Origin: Phaeosaccion multiseriatum
Taxonomy: Eukaryota > Protista > Ochrophyta, other classes
Reading direction: 5' to 3'
DNA: 64,000 nucleotides
NCBI GenBank assembly: GCA_965112735.1
Contig: OZ218955.1
Coordinates: 1,674,001 to 1,738,000, forward strand
The position numbers and the translations under genes were made by a program. How positions within the stretch are numbered: position 1 is the first letter of the stretch; every line of letters begins with the position of its first letter. The notes beneath the pieces are model-generated. The model made no database searches. It was not told where the DNA came from and saw only the letters and a list, made by a program, of their open reading frames with translations. This document shows positions 1-12,523 of the stretch, one piece after another.

Positions 1-3000
1 CTCCTCCTCCTCCTCCTCCCACTCCGCCTCCACCCTCCCCTTTCCCCCCTCCCCCTCCTCCTCCGCCCCCCCCCCCTCTGCCCTGCCAGGACGAAGACGG
101 ACCTCCTTCCGCATAGAGTCCGATCTTGGCCTTGAATGACCACGAGCGCTGCACGTCAGGCCGAGGCGTGGTGAGGTAATGGTCGCCGCCGTCGGCAGGA
201 GGGCCCAGACCGCACGCCAACACATCCGCGGCAGAGAAGTCATCGGCCAACAGGCAGATTTGCTGAAGCTCGCGTACCTTCTCCTCCTCCTGCTGGCGAC
301 GCTGGCCCTGCTGAATCCCCAACTGCTGCTGGTGCTGGCCGGGCCATGGCTGCGAAAGGTAGAGCGCTGGGGCGTGCGTGATGGTGGGCCTGCAGGACCG
401 AGAGGGCCCCTCCTCTTTCTCCTTCTTCTTCTCCTCCTCCTCCTCCTCCTCCTCCTCCTCCTCCTTCTCTCGTTTCTCCTTCCCCTCCTCCTCCTCCTCC
501 TTCTCCTCCTTCTGCTCCTGCTGCGGAGAATCCTCGCCCCTTCTGCTTGGCGGTGCCTGGGAGGAGTCATCCTTGCGCGGCGACCCCCCTGTGCACTCCT
601 CAGCAGGCAGGTGGCCCACTGTTGCTGCGCCTTCGAGACCCCCACCCTCCTCTGGTGGTTGCTTCTCTCCTCCGTCGGCTGTTGTAGGTGGTGCTAGATG
701 TGCATCCGTTGCGATTCGCTCCTGTCTGAGCGGAGTCACCTCATCAGCATCCAAACTTCCGCCGCTCTTTTCTACGCCCAAGCTGGCCAAGCTGGGAGGG
801 CCTGCTACGGTATCACCAACTCCTCCTCCTCCCTCTGCGGTTCCGGTGCCGCCAGAGGCTGGTTCGGGGGTCTCCCCATCCACACTCTCCACGCGACGTC
901 GCTTGGCAGGGCTTTGGCCGTCTCCGCTCTCTTCTTCATCCTCCTCACCACTGAGTGCTAAAGAGGCCCCAGCAGGAGAACAAGAGACACCAGCGGGTAC
1001 TGTGGCGACGTCATCTGGTGCCTTGTCATCCACCCCAGCTGCAGACTCGCCCACCTCCATCTCCTCCTCGTCTCCTCTTCCATCAACTGCCATCCCCTCC
1101 TCCCTTGTCTTCTTCTCGTCATCTCCGAACAGTGCATCCATATCGTCGTCGTCGTCATCGTCCTCGGCCCCCTTTGCCTCTTCCGAAACGTCAACCGCCT
1201 TGCGCAAACGCAAACATCGCTTCCGTTTGCCAGCCCCAGCCTTCCCCTTGGCGCCCCCCTCGGCCTTCTCTCCTCGTCCCTCCCCCATGCCCCCCTCCTC
1301 GCCTTCTCCTCTTGATCCCCCTCCCCCTCCCCCTGCCCCTGCCCTGCCCTTCCCATGGATCACAAGCTCTGGAAACGCAACCTCGCCTCCCAACATGCTC
1401 TCCTCCACCTCCTCCTCCTCCTCATCCTGCTCCTCGTCCCCAGAAGAATCGCTCGCCGCAAACACCCTGGGCGCTGCCGAGACAGAGACCGCAAAGGCTG
1501 GGACCGGACGGCTGCTCCTCCCTCGTAGCCTTGGCCGTCCTCGGCGTCGAGCCAGACCCAGCCCCTGGCCCCCCACGGGACGAAAGGGTGGGCTTTTAAG
1601 AGTCACGAGGGGCATGTAGTTGAAAAAGACGGCGCTCTGACGGCTGGCGAGCGTGGCATCGCTGTACAGCACAGGCAGTGGGCAAGATCCGCGAGGAGGA
1701 GCTGCTGCTGCTGCTGCTGCCGCCGCTGCTGCTGTAGCACCAACTGCTGCTGCTGCCGCGGGGCAGCGTTCTCCAACAGCCACCGTCACTGCCAGCATGC
1801 CCCTCAGACATGTGCTGCTTCCACGCACCTCGCACTTGCCCCCCTTCTCCGCCGCCGCTGCTGTAGGGGAGAAAGAAGAGAAGGGGGGAAGCATGACCTC
1901 TAGCTCGGTGTCTGAGAGAATCCGAACGTCGTCGCCAGTCAGCCACAAGCCCTGTCCCACGCCCACGCCATGCCCCAGTTGCACAGAGATGGGAGCAGCA
2001 GGAACAGGGGCCAAGGGGCCGCTGGGAGGGGCGCGAACAAAGCAGCGACCGAGTTTCTCTCCTTCGTCTCCATCTCCAGTCGCTGCTGTAGCTGAATCAC
2101 CACTTGCTGCTGCTGCTTCTTCTGCTTCTTCTGCTGCTGCTGTAGGCGGTGGAGGTGGTTGAGAAAGATGCCCAGCTCGGAGAAAGTTCCTCCCTCGAAT
2201 GATGACAGGAAACGTCGCTAAGGAATCTCCCTCCAGTCTGAGGGCGGGCGAGTGAAATAAGTTGGACAACATGAGATATCGATCGGACTGTATCGGTGAG
2301 CATCGTTCACGCTTTAACACAAGGCACCGCACACACTGCACTTTGTCTGCCCTCCCTCCGTTTCTCTTTTCTCACTCCCTCCTCATCTTCAAGTTTCAGT
2401 TTCAGTTCCAGTTTTTAAAGGCCTCATCATACATACATCATACGTAACATGCACACCTCCGCGTACCTTCGGTTGGGCGTGATGCTCTCCACCACCGGTC
2501 TGAGGCAGTCCAATGGGTCGCCACACTGGCCTCTCTCTTCTCCTCGCACGCCTCTTCGTATGCCTCCTCCAGCCGCCCCCCCCATCATGCCCTTGCCGGC
2601 ATGGCTGCGAACGCCGTTGCTCAGCTCCTCCTCCTGATTGATACTGCTGCTGCTGCACCTGCCCCTCCTCTGGACGACCTTCGGTAGCACCGCATCGAAT
2701 GCCACGCACGCCTCGGCCCCCAGCTCGTAGCCCCCCTCCTTGGTAGGGGCTGGCTCGAAGGAGAAGGGTGTGGAAGAGGGCACGCCCGCCTCCTGCCCCT
2801 GCCCTTGCTCCTCTTCCGCCCGTCGCCGTGAAGAAGAAGAAGGCGTGCTAGGGCCTTCTCTACCCTGGCCTTTGCCTTGGGTAGCTTGGTGGGCAGGAGC
2901 GAGGGCTTGCAGAGCCATGATGCACTTCCGTGTGTCCGCGAGGTGTACCTGTAAAGTAACAACCCGGATGGCAATGGATGGGGGGACAGCACAGTGACAG

Positions 3001-6000
3001 AGGGAGTACGTATATGGGTGGGAGTGCGCACAGACAGGCCAAGAGGAAAAGCAAGAGACAAGAGAGAGCACAGAGGAGGGTGAGAACAATCCATCCATCC
3101 ATCCATCCATCCATCCATCCATCCATCCATCCATCCATCCATCCATATCAATTCATGCATCCATTCATCCACCCACCCATCCATCCATCCACCCATCCAT
3201 CCACCCATCCATCCACCTATCCATCCTTCCTTCCATCCATCCATCCATCCATCCATCCATATCAATTCATGCATCCATTCATCCACCCACCCATCCATCC
3301 ATCCACCCATCCATCCACCCATCCATCCACCTATCCATCCTTCCTTCCATCCATCCATCCATCCATCCATCCATCCATCCATCCATCCATCCATCCATCC
3401 ATCCATCCACCTATCCATCCATCCATCCATCCATCCATCCATGTGTCTCTACCTGCACGAGATTGGCCAAGCTTGCCACGGTGAAGCTCAAGCCCTCGCC
3501 CTCGGCGATGAGCGCCAGAGTGAGCGTGAGCTCCAGCAATCGAGGCTTGCAGAAGTGGAAAGTTACCACCTTTGCCGCCCCATTGCCACCTCCTCCTCCC
3601 CCACCGCCTCCACCTGAGGCACTGATGCTACCGCTAATGCTGCTACTGCTGCTGCCACCGCCGCTCCCACCGCCTGTAAGCTTGGCGACGTCGAGTGAAT
3701 TCGAAGTGAGTACGATGGGACATTTGGACCGCTGCCGAAGGGAGCGCAGTGCGCTAAAGAAGCCCGAGTCCCCATCGAAGGTCACGTCAATCTCTTCAAA
3801 CAGGATGAGGGAGAGCCGCTTGTGCTTCTTGAGGGTCTTCTGCGGGCCCTGCAGCAGTGCCATCTGCTGCTGCTGTTGGTTGTCTTCCTGCTTGATGATG
3901 ACAACATCATCTTCAGCGTCGTTGGTCGCAAGCTGCTGCTGCTGCTCTTCTTCCTCCTCATCTTCTTGGTCACTTTCCTCCTCCTCACCCTTTCCTCCGG
4001 CCCTCCTCAGCCTCTTTCTCTTCTTCGCCTTGGGCTTCTTGGCCTTTGCCGACACTGCCAGTTGTGTCACCTTCGCGGCTGAAGCACCAACAGGTGCGAA
4101 GGCGTGATGGGTCTTGGTCTTTGTCGCTGCTGAGAGTGCGAGCGCTTTCTTTCCTTTCGATCCTTTTGGTCTACCCCGCTTCTTTCCCGTCCCCTTCCCT
4201 CCTCCTCCTGCTGGAGCAGCTGGCCCTCCTCCTGCTGCTGTTGCTGCTGCTGCCACTCCCCCACTGGCGCCATTGTTGCTCATTCCCATCCTCTTCGACT
4301 GCGATGCTTCGCCTGTGGATAGCACAGCAAGCCCGGGTTCGGTTGGCGCGGAGGACAAGAGGGAGGGAGGGCCGTTGGACTATTGCTGGGCTCACTCAGA
4401 GATCTGCATCCAGAGCCGGCCACACATACAAACATACACATATATACAAATAAAACACACACACAACTTCCCCTCACGTAGAGAGACAGCCCGAGCTCTG
4501 CTTAGGGAGCCGAAGCCCACAAAGTGAAGACTTGAAACTAAATTACGCACTCACTCACTCACTCACGCACTCACTCACTCACTCCATCAATCACTCACTC
4601 ATCTACTTCCTCACTCATCCACTTCCTCACTCACCCACTCCCTCCCTCTAATCTTCTGCCTACCCTACCCCACACTTGGGGGCATGCATCTTCGCCGCTT
4701 CGCCTCTTCGCATCTCTGAATCTCACATGTCACACGTCCCTCCCTCCCTCCCTCCCTCCGTCCCTCCGTCCCTCCCTCCCTCCCTCACCTACGGCCTTCA
4801 TAATCTCCATCCCCGAGCGGTGCTGTGCGGCGTTGATCTCAATGACTTGAAAGCCCAGGGCCTCTGCACAGGCAAACACAGCAGAGCTTTTGCCCGCCCC
4901 CACCGCCCCGCCCAGCAGGGCCATGTTCGTCATTGACACGCCCTCCTCCGGGAGGTACTATGGATTAGTAGAGTCGACCGAAGCAGAGGAGTGGATAGAG
5001 AAGGGGATAGAGCGGAGCAGAGCGAAGAGAGCAGAGCAGAGTTAGCGGAGAGCAGCAGAGCAGATAACATTCACTGCTCTAACCTCCTCTCTCTGATCCA
5101 TCCCAACCGCATAACCGCATAACCCCACCCATACACTGACATCGTATCCGTCGTCGCCATCGCTCCCGTTCCAGCCGTAACCGCTCTCAAAGTCGTCGCT
5201 GTCGTCGCTGTCCTCACCGCCACCCCACCCCCTTTTCTTCTTCTTGCTCTTCTTGTTCTTGGTCTTGCCCTTTCCTCCTCCTCCGTCGCTTCCCTGCTCC
5301 GCAGCGCTATCACCATCGCCGCCCCTCTCTCCCTTGAGCCGCTGCTTCTTCCAGTCCGAAAGCCATGTGTGGAACGCAGACACCGCAGCGACGTTACCGC
5401 ATACTTCGGCCGCTGCACGGGGTCGATATACTTCCACCCACATCTCGCTGGCCGGGCACTCCCGGCGCCTTCGGGGTTCGGTTAGACAAGGTTGGGAGAC
5501 AGATTAGGGTAAGGAAGGGAGGGTAGGGTGGGGTGGGGTAGGGTAGGGTAGGATAAGGTAGGGCAGGATAGGGTGGGAGACAGGGTAGGACAGGGTGGGG
5601 TAGGGTAGGGTAGGGTAGGGTAGGGTAGGGTAGGGTAGGGTAGGGTAGGGTAGGAGGAGTATAGGGTAGGGTAGGGTAGGGTTGGGAGACAGCGTAGGGT
5701 AGGGTAGGTAGACTAACTAGGGTCCGCAGAGGGATACAGAAACATGGGAAGAGCATAACGAATGTGCTTGAGATTAGGCTATCACCCACACACGCACACA
5801 CGCACACACGCACACAGGCACACACTGGACTGGCACGTCAGCACGCCTCATTCGTTACGTAATGCTACGTACCTCTTCCTGGCCCTCTCCATGAGCTGCT
5901 CGGCCTTCTCCTGCGAGTGCCCCAGCAAAGGGGCCAGCAAGCGCACAGCATCACGGCCGCTAGACTTCATGAGCTGATGTTCCCGTTCCGACGGCGGCGG

Positions 6001-9000
6001 CGGTGGAACGATCATGGGGTTGGGATTGGTGATGGGGGTGGTGGTGATGGGGGCTGCTGCTTTTCCTCCTTCTCCAGCAAGTCGGGCTGAGGAGGAGGGC
6101 GAGGACGTGGACAGGTTCGCCTCCGCTGCTGTACCACCAACTGCTGATGCTATTGAGGCAGACAAGGCGCTGGTGGTGGTTGCAGGAGGAGGTGTCCGGA
6201 ACAGGAGATCAAGGAGCCAGGGCGGAGCAGCCGCAGATGACGACCTTGTCCCTGGTCTTGGCCCAGACGAAGCGATGGCTGTACCGTTACCTCCCTCCTC
6301 GCCCCGCTTCAATTCCACAAGGTGTGGCCCCTCTGAGCATTTGCCACTGCTGCTGCTTCTGCCGCTGCGGAAGGCAGTGGCACCGCTGTCACTCCGCTTC
6401 TCTCTCATCTTGACCGGCAACGGCGGCGGACTCAAGGCAGCAGCAGCAGCAGCAGCAGTTGGTGATACAGCAGCAGCCGTAGGGGCACTGACACCTCTCT
6501 TCCCGCCCTCCTGCTGCCCCCCCCGGCCCTCCTTCTCCTCCTCCTCTTCCTGTCGTTGTTGCTGAAGCTGCAGCACATGAGAGACTGGCGGATAGACCAC
6601 GTCTGTCCACACCTTGTCCTTCCCGAACACCACCGCCCTCGCTGCTGCCGCTGCTGCTCCTGCTGCCGACGCACTGCCCGCTCCTCCGCCTCCTCCTCCT
6701 GATCCTGGACATGCAAAGATGGACGCGACATCCTTCTCGTCCTTGGCGATTGCACCTGTCCAGGAGGGGGTGTGGGGGGGGGATCGGTATGTATGTATGG
6801 GGAAGGATATCAGTAGTTCGTCGTTCGTTCGTCACTGTCCCGTCGCTTTGCTCGAGAGCTTGCTTACTCTCTCTGCCATGCCCACATACGTGCGCATCTC
6901 CTCACTCATTCACTCACTCACTCACTCACTCACTCACTCACTCACTCGCTCACTCACTCACTCACTCACTCACTCGCTCAGCCGGTTCAGTCAGTCAGTC
7001 GCGTCGCTCCATCAGACAGTCGGTCAGTCATTCTGTCGGTCAGTCAATCGCACACTCGTTCACCCCCTCCCTCCCTCTCTCCCCCCTCTCCCTCCCTCCC
7101 TCCCTCCCTCCCTCCCCACTGACTTACCGAGGCTCCTGGCCAGTTCCTTACTTCTCTCTCGCTCCTTCTTCGCCGCCGCTTTGTCCATCCCTTCGTGCTG
7201 CTTCTTCCTCTCCGCCGCAGGCATGAAGAATGAGTGTGCCACTGCAGTTGCTGGTACAGCAGCAGCAGCAGTAGAAGCAGCAGCAGTCTTCCCCCCCGCG
7301 CGTCCACCCTTCTTGGTACCTCGAGTAGGAGCGTCACTTACAGCAGCAGCAGCAGTTGGTGGTACAACAGTGGCGTCGTCGTCGTCCACCATGATCACTT
7401 CAGACTTCTCCTTACTCCCTCGGGAAAAGAAAGGGTGCGCCTTGCTACTGCTACCACTGGTATCTTTCTTCTCACTCCGTTTCTGAGCTTTGGCAGTTTT
7501 TGAGCTCCTGCTCTTCGGTGCGGTTTCGGTCTCCCCCGCCTTGTCTGCTTGCTTTCCCTTGTCTTTCTTCTCCTTCTCCTTCTTGAGATTCTTCTTGTCC
7601 CCTTTCTCTTTCTCTTTCGTACTACTCTTATGCTTGCCCTTGCCCGGTGAAGCTCCATCTCCTTCTACTCCTGCTGCCGCCCCTGTTGCTGCCGTATCAC
7701 CAACTGCTGCTGCTGGGGAGCCCCGTCCAGACGGTCCTCGCAAAAACAAGGCCATCCCCTTCACCTTGTCTTTACGTCCTCCTGTTTGTCCACCGAGGCC
7801 TTCTATCGCTTTCGTCCTCTTCCTTTTCCTGCCATCCTCACCCCGCGAGACACTGTCACTGCCGCCACCATCCACAATACTGACGTCACCATCCTCCTGC
7901 CCTTCTTCGCCGGCCTTCTCCTCCTCCTCCCCCTCCTCCTCCTCCTCCTTCTCCTCGTCGTCGTCGCCGTCGTCGTCATCATCATCATCTTTCTCCTCCT
8001 CCTCCTCCTCCTCCTCCCCCTCCTCCTCCTCCTCCTCCTCCTCCTCCTCCTCCTCCTCATCATCATCATCATCATCCACCTCATCCTCTTCCTCCAGCTG
8101 CTGCTGCCGCTGCTGTTTCCCGCTGCCTCTCGCTCGTCTCTTCCGAAGGTGGTGAATAGGATCCGCTGCAGGCGGGGGGGGTGAAGAAGGGAGCTCGGAT
8201 GAAGAAGGCGTCTCCCCCTTCTTCAGTACCTCCGCCCCCGCTTCCGCCTCCTCCTCCTCCTCCTCCTCCTTGTCCTCCTGTCCCGCCTCCCCTCCTTGCC
8301 TCTTCGGTGCCTCCTTCCCCTCCTTGCCCACCTCCTTCTGCCTCTGCCCCCCTCCCTTACCTGAGAGCATTTTTTTGTCCTCCTGCCTCGAGGTCGACGC
8401 TAGGCGTGTTCCTCCACCTCCACTTCGTTCATCCGACTTGCTTTGCGTCGTCTTCTTCTTCTTCTTCTTCTTCTTCTCCGCCTCTCCTCCCCCTCCTCCT
8501 GCTGCTGCTGTATCACAAAGTGCTGGGGGTGACGGTGACTTCGGGGATTTCTTCCCGAAGAGAGCGGCCCACCCTGCCTTACCACTCTCCTCTGTCCTTC
8601 CCTGCCCGCCCTCTTGGTGTTGCAGAGGCGAATCGACAACTGGCTCCTCTCCTGCGCCTTGTTGCTCTGTTCGGGGCTTCTTCTGCAAGCTCGGGGCTTT
8701 CTCCTTCTTCGCGGCTGCAGTGGTAGTCCCCCTCGAGCTGGTATCGACTGCCATCTTAACGCCTTGCCCTGTCTGCCCAACGCCCCCCTTTCCCTTCTCC
8801 TCCTCCTTCCCGTCTGCACTTCCGTCCTTCTCGTCCGTCCCTCCCAGCCCCTTCTCTGTTCTCTTCCACCCGCCCTCCTTCGGGGCAGCAAGGATGTCTT
8901 TCTGCCTGCAGTCTCCCTTCCCAAGGCCAGCGTCCTCCTGCCGCGTCGGCGGGGCGCCATCAGGTGGGCAGGAGGAGAGCGGCGAACCTTCAGCAACCGG

Positions 9001-9501
9001 TGCTTTTTCAAGACCGCTCTTGCGACTATCATTGACGATGTTCGGGTGGGAGAAGGACAGCGGCGTCTTCTTCTCTCCCTTACTGGTAGTGCTAATGCTG
9101 GTGATGGTGCTCTTCTTCGGATCTTTGCCCAGCCGCTGCGCAGAGTGAGCCAGAGTAAGTTGACCGCTGCCAGCACCTGGGGCAGAAGCCTGCCTTGCTT
9201 TCCCCTTGTCCTTGCGCGGCTTCCGCGGCTTCCCTGCCCCTTTCTCTCCTCCACTGTCACCACTTCTTGTCCCTTCTCCACCCTCCTCTTTCCGCTTCTT
9301 CTTTGGCTGTTGAAAGAGCGCGTGAAAAGCCGAAGCTGAAACAGATCCTGTTTTCCCTCCTTCTGATGCCTTAGCTGTCCCTCTCCCCTCCACTGCTCCT
9401 CCTACTCCTGCGTTTGGGGCGGCTGGGGCGTCTGGTCCATCTTCCATTGCGCTGTGTGGATTGGACAGACTAACGACAGGAGAGGGAAGGGGATCGAGCA
9501 T
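1..9501 (-). CDS. ATAD5: ATAD5/ELG1-like RFC large subunit (AAA+ PCNA unloader), multi-exon, 3' end beyond the left edge of the window
   Basis: RFC box 'MWVEVYRP' (~5443). Walker A plus following motif '[34 protein letters not shown]' (~4800-4920). 'GEASQSKR' (EATQSH-like). ELG1-type Walker B/sensor '[37 protein letters not shown]' (~3700-3815). Collar-like '[11 protein letters not shown]' (~220-250). Long K/E-rich disordered N-terminus. First in-frame ATG at 9501. The last exon (from ~2237) stays open to position 1. Confidence 0.85.
3089..3441. repeat. Intronic (ATCC)n microsatellite with an internal ~114-bp higher-order duplication
   Basis: ATCC arrays. The interruption ATATCAATTCATGCATCCATTC occurs twice (~3145, ~3259). 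Confidence 0.9.
5522..5708. repeat. Intronic (TAGGG)n pentamer array, G-quadruplex-prone
   Basis: Imperfect GGGTA tandem array in an ATAD5 intron. Confidence 0.9.
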
Positions 9502-9798
9502 GGGCGCGGGAGCAACCCTTTGCAGGGACGCCCGAAGAGGAAGCTCTGCACCAATCAAATCTAACTTCCCCTCCACTACCGCTGACAAGTCTTCGGAGCT
9601 GTGCCCATGAGCTGACTACTCTTTCTCCTCTCCTCCCGACGCTGTGTTGTCTAATTTTTTTTGTGAATTCAAACACGTGCAAGTTTCAGTTTCAGGCTCC
9701 TTTCTTACCCTACTTTGGCTTAGCAAGGGACTTACAGTAAAAAAAACAACAACAAAAAGTGAAGGAAACGACGTTCAATCGACCCTTCCTTACCCACA

Positions 9799-12491
9799 TC
9801 AAGCCAAGTCCTCTCTATCGGCATGAGCCTGCTGCGCTCCTCCAACGGCTTCGCTCTCTTCGCTTTCGCCCTTCTCGTCAAAGTCTTTCCTATCAAACAA
9901 GGGGTGGGTGAACCCCTTCCCCAGACGGGCTTGACTGCCGCTCTTCTGCCCCTCCTTGGGTCCTGATGCTGCGGCTGGTGCTGCTGGCGGGGGGCCCACT
10001 GGTTGCACTCGAGGAGACACCTTTGATGCCGAGACATCCTTAGCTCCTGCTGCTGGTTGCATTCGAGGACATCCCTTTGACGGCTCCTTAGCTCCTTCCT
10101 TTGATGCTGTTGCTCCGGCTGCTGCGGCTGCATGCTTTTCCTGTGTTTTTTGACGCTACAAAAGAGTGAAAGAGAGACAGAAGATAAGAGGAATATAAAC
10201 ATAGAGAGAGAGACATCGAGAGGACAAGGTGAGAAGTGAGGAGGGGGTCTTCAGCGCCGGAGGCCCCAATCTGGAGGCAGGGGGGGCGCGAAAGTGAGAT
10301 GCTGTGCTTCCCTACACATCGCCTTGAGACCCCGCCTGCACGCCCCTGGGACCCCTCACATTCTTCGCTTGCCTCACTTACCGCCCTAACTCTATTCTTC
10401 TCAAGATTGTAAATGTGCTGAATGGCCTTCTCGTCGACGCTCAGATCCGGGGGGAAGAGGGCGGCGAGCTGTGTGCGTTTGAGGACAAAGAAAGAAAGAA
10501 GGAAAGGAAGGAAGGAAGGAAGGAAGGAAGGAAGGAAGGACGGAAGGAAGGAAGGAAGGAAGGAAGGGAGGATGGAAGGACGGAAGGAAGAAAGAAAGAA
10601 AGAGTCAGATCGTCTCATAATCGCCTCGGTTGTCCGCCAACATGCACACCATCGGGGAGGGGGAGAGGGAGGGAGGGCAGGGTGGCGAAACTAAAAAAGG
10701 CGCGATGGGCAGGAGGACAAGGAGGACAGAAAGACAAGGAGGAAGAACAGAGCCACACGTGGGTGGGTGCGTGGGTGAGTGAGCGAGTGAGTGAGTGAGT
10801 GAGTGCGTGAGTGAGCTGCATCGTACCTCGGCGAACTTCTTCTTCCTCTCCTTGTTCTCACTGAGTCTCTCGCAGTCCTCGTCGTCCCGCTTCTTGCGGT
10901 CGGGGGCAGACAGCTTCTCGCGGTGGGCGTTGGTGGCGTGCAACCACCTGGTAGGGGGAAGGGAGGAGGGAGGGACGGAGGAAGGAAGGAAGGAAGGGAG
11001 GGAGAGAGGGAGGGACGGAGAAAGAGAGGGAGGGAGGGGGTGGGGTGGGGGTAAGCCCGTGTGAGCAGGTGCGATTGAAGTGCACTGCTCTGCAGTGGTT
11101 TTCGCTCACCAGCTCACTCACTCACTCATCACCCTCTCCCCCTCTCCCCCTCCCCTCTCCCTGTCCCCTCTCCTTCTCTCTCCCCTCTCCCCCTCCCTCG
11201 CCCCTCCCTCTCCCTTCTCCATCTCCCCTCTCCCCCTCTCGTCTCCCTCCCCTCTCTCCCTCTCCTCTCCCTCTCCCTTCTCCCTCTCCCTTCTCCCTAT
11301 CCCCCTCCCCTCCCTCTCCCCTCTCCCCTCTCCCTTTCCCTCTCCCTCTCCCCTCTCCCCTCTCCCTCTCCCCTCCCCCTCCCCTCCCTCTTCCCTCTCC
11401 ATCTCCTTCTCCCTCTCCGTCTCCCTCACCTCTCGGCGGCTCTCAGGTGGTCGTGCATGCTCTTCCTCAGCGGAATGCTCCACAGAGACGCGTCCTGTGG
11501 AAGGGGGGCATCGAGGGGCGGCCAACGTCAGTCATTGTTGGTACACACGCGCACACAAGCACCACGCACACACACGCACACACACACACACACATACACA
11601 AGAAGGGGGAGAGATGGTTGGTAACACGAGAGCACCACGAGCCGTGTAGAGTGAGACCTCCTCCGCCCCCCTCGCCGTCCATCAGTCCGTCCGTCCCACA
11701 CCTCTTTGTCCTTGTCCTTGCTGGCACTCGCACTGTTACTCGCACTGGCCGCTCCGGCCGCCCCCGCCCCTCCTTGCTCGCCCTCCTTCTCCTTCTTGCT
11801 CTTGCTATGCGCCTCAAGCTGAGCGTGCAAGTGCTCTTTGAAGCTCTGGAGCGTGTCATCCCTCTCCTTGCGCGCCTCCTCCTGGAGAGGGGTGGGGAGG
11901 GAGGGACGGAGGGAGGTTAGGGAGGATCACAGGAGAGGGTGGAGGGAGAGAGAGAGGGAGGCAGCAGGAGGGATCACAGAGAGGGGGGAGGCGGGAGGAG
12001 AATTGACAGTCAGCTTCTACCTGTACCCCTAGTTACCTACCACACACACACACCCCCTCCTTTCCCAAAGTGCTTCCTACTAACCTCCAGGGCCTTGCAC
12101 TCAACGCGAAGCAAATTGTCCAAGATGGCCTTGTGCCCCATGCCCATGAAGGCCGACAAGCTCTCCAAGTAGCCCTGACTGCGGCGGGCCTGTGGGTGCT
12201 TGCCCCTCACGCTGGCGTCCATCTGATGCAAGGCCACGTCCAACGAACGCGGAAACACCTTCACCTTCGCCATCTTGATAGCAGCCCCGCCAACCTCGTC
12301 GTTACCCTCAGTACCGCCATCCCCCCCCCCGGCGCTGCCACCACTGCCACCGCTGCCGCCACCGCTGCTCTTGGAGGCCCTGAAGGTAGTGAAGGCCGCT
12401 TCGAATGTGGCAATGCTTCTCTTGGCCTCTTCGCAAGGCTCCCACTTGGTTGTTGTGTCTAACTTGGGTTGAGAATTCTGTCCATTGTGGT

Positions 12492-12523
<32 letters not shown>

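Noticed and set aside
179-2162. Plus-strand ORFs of 170-413 aa (Ser/Pro/Leu-rich)
   Set aside because: Antisense shadows of the ATAD5 last exon, whose true frame is on the minus strand.
5522-5708. Interstitial telomere
   Set aside because: The unit is TAGGG, not TTAGGG/TTTAGGG, and it lies within an ATAD5 intron. Treated as a microsatellite.
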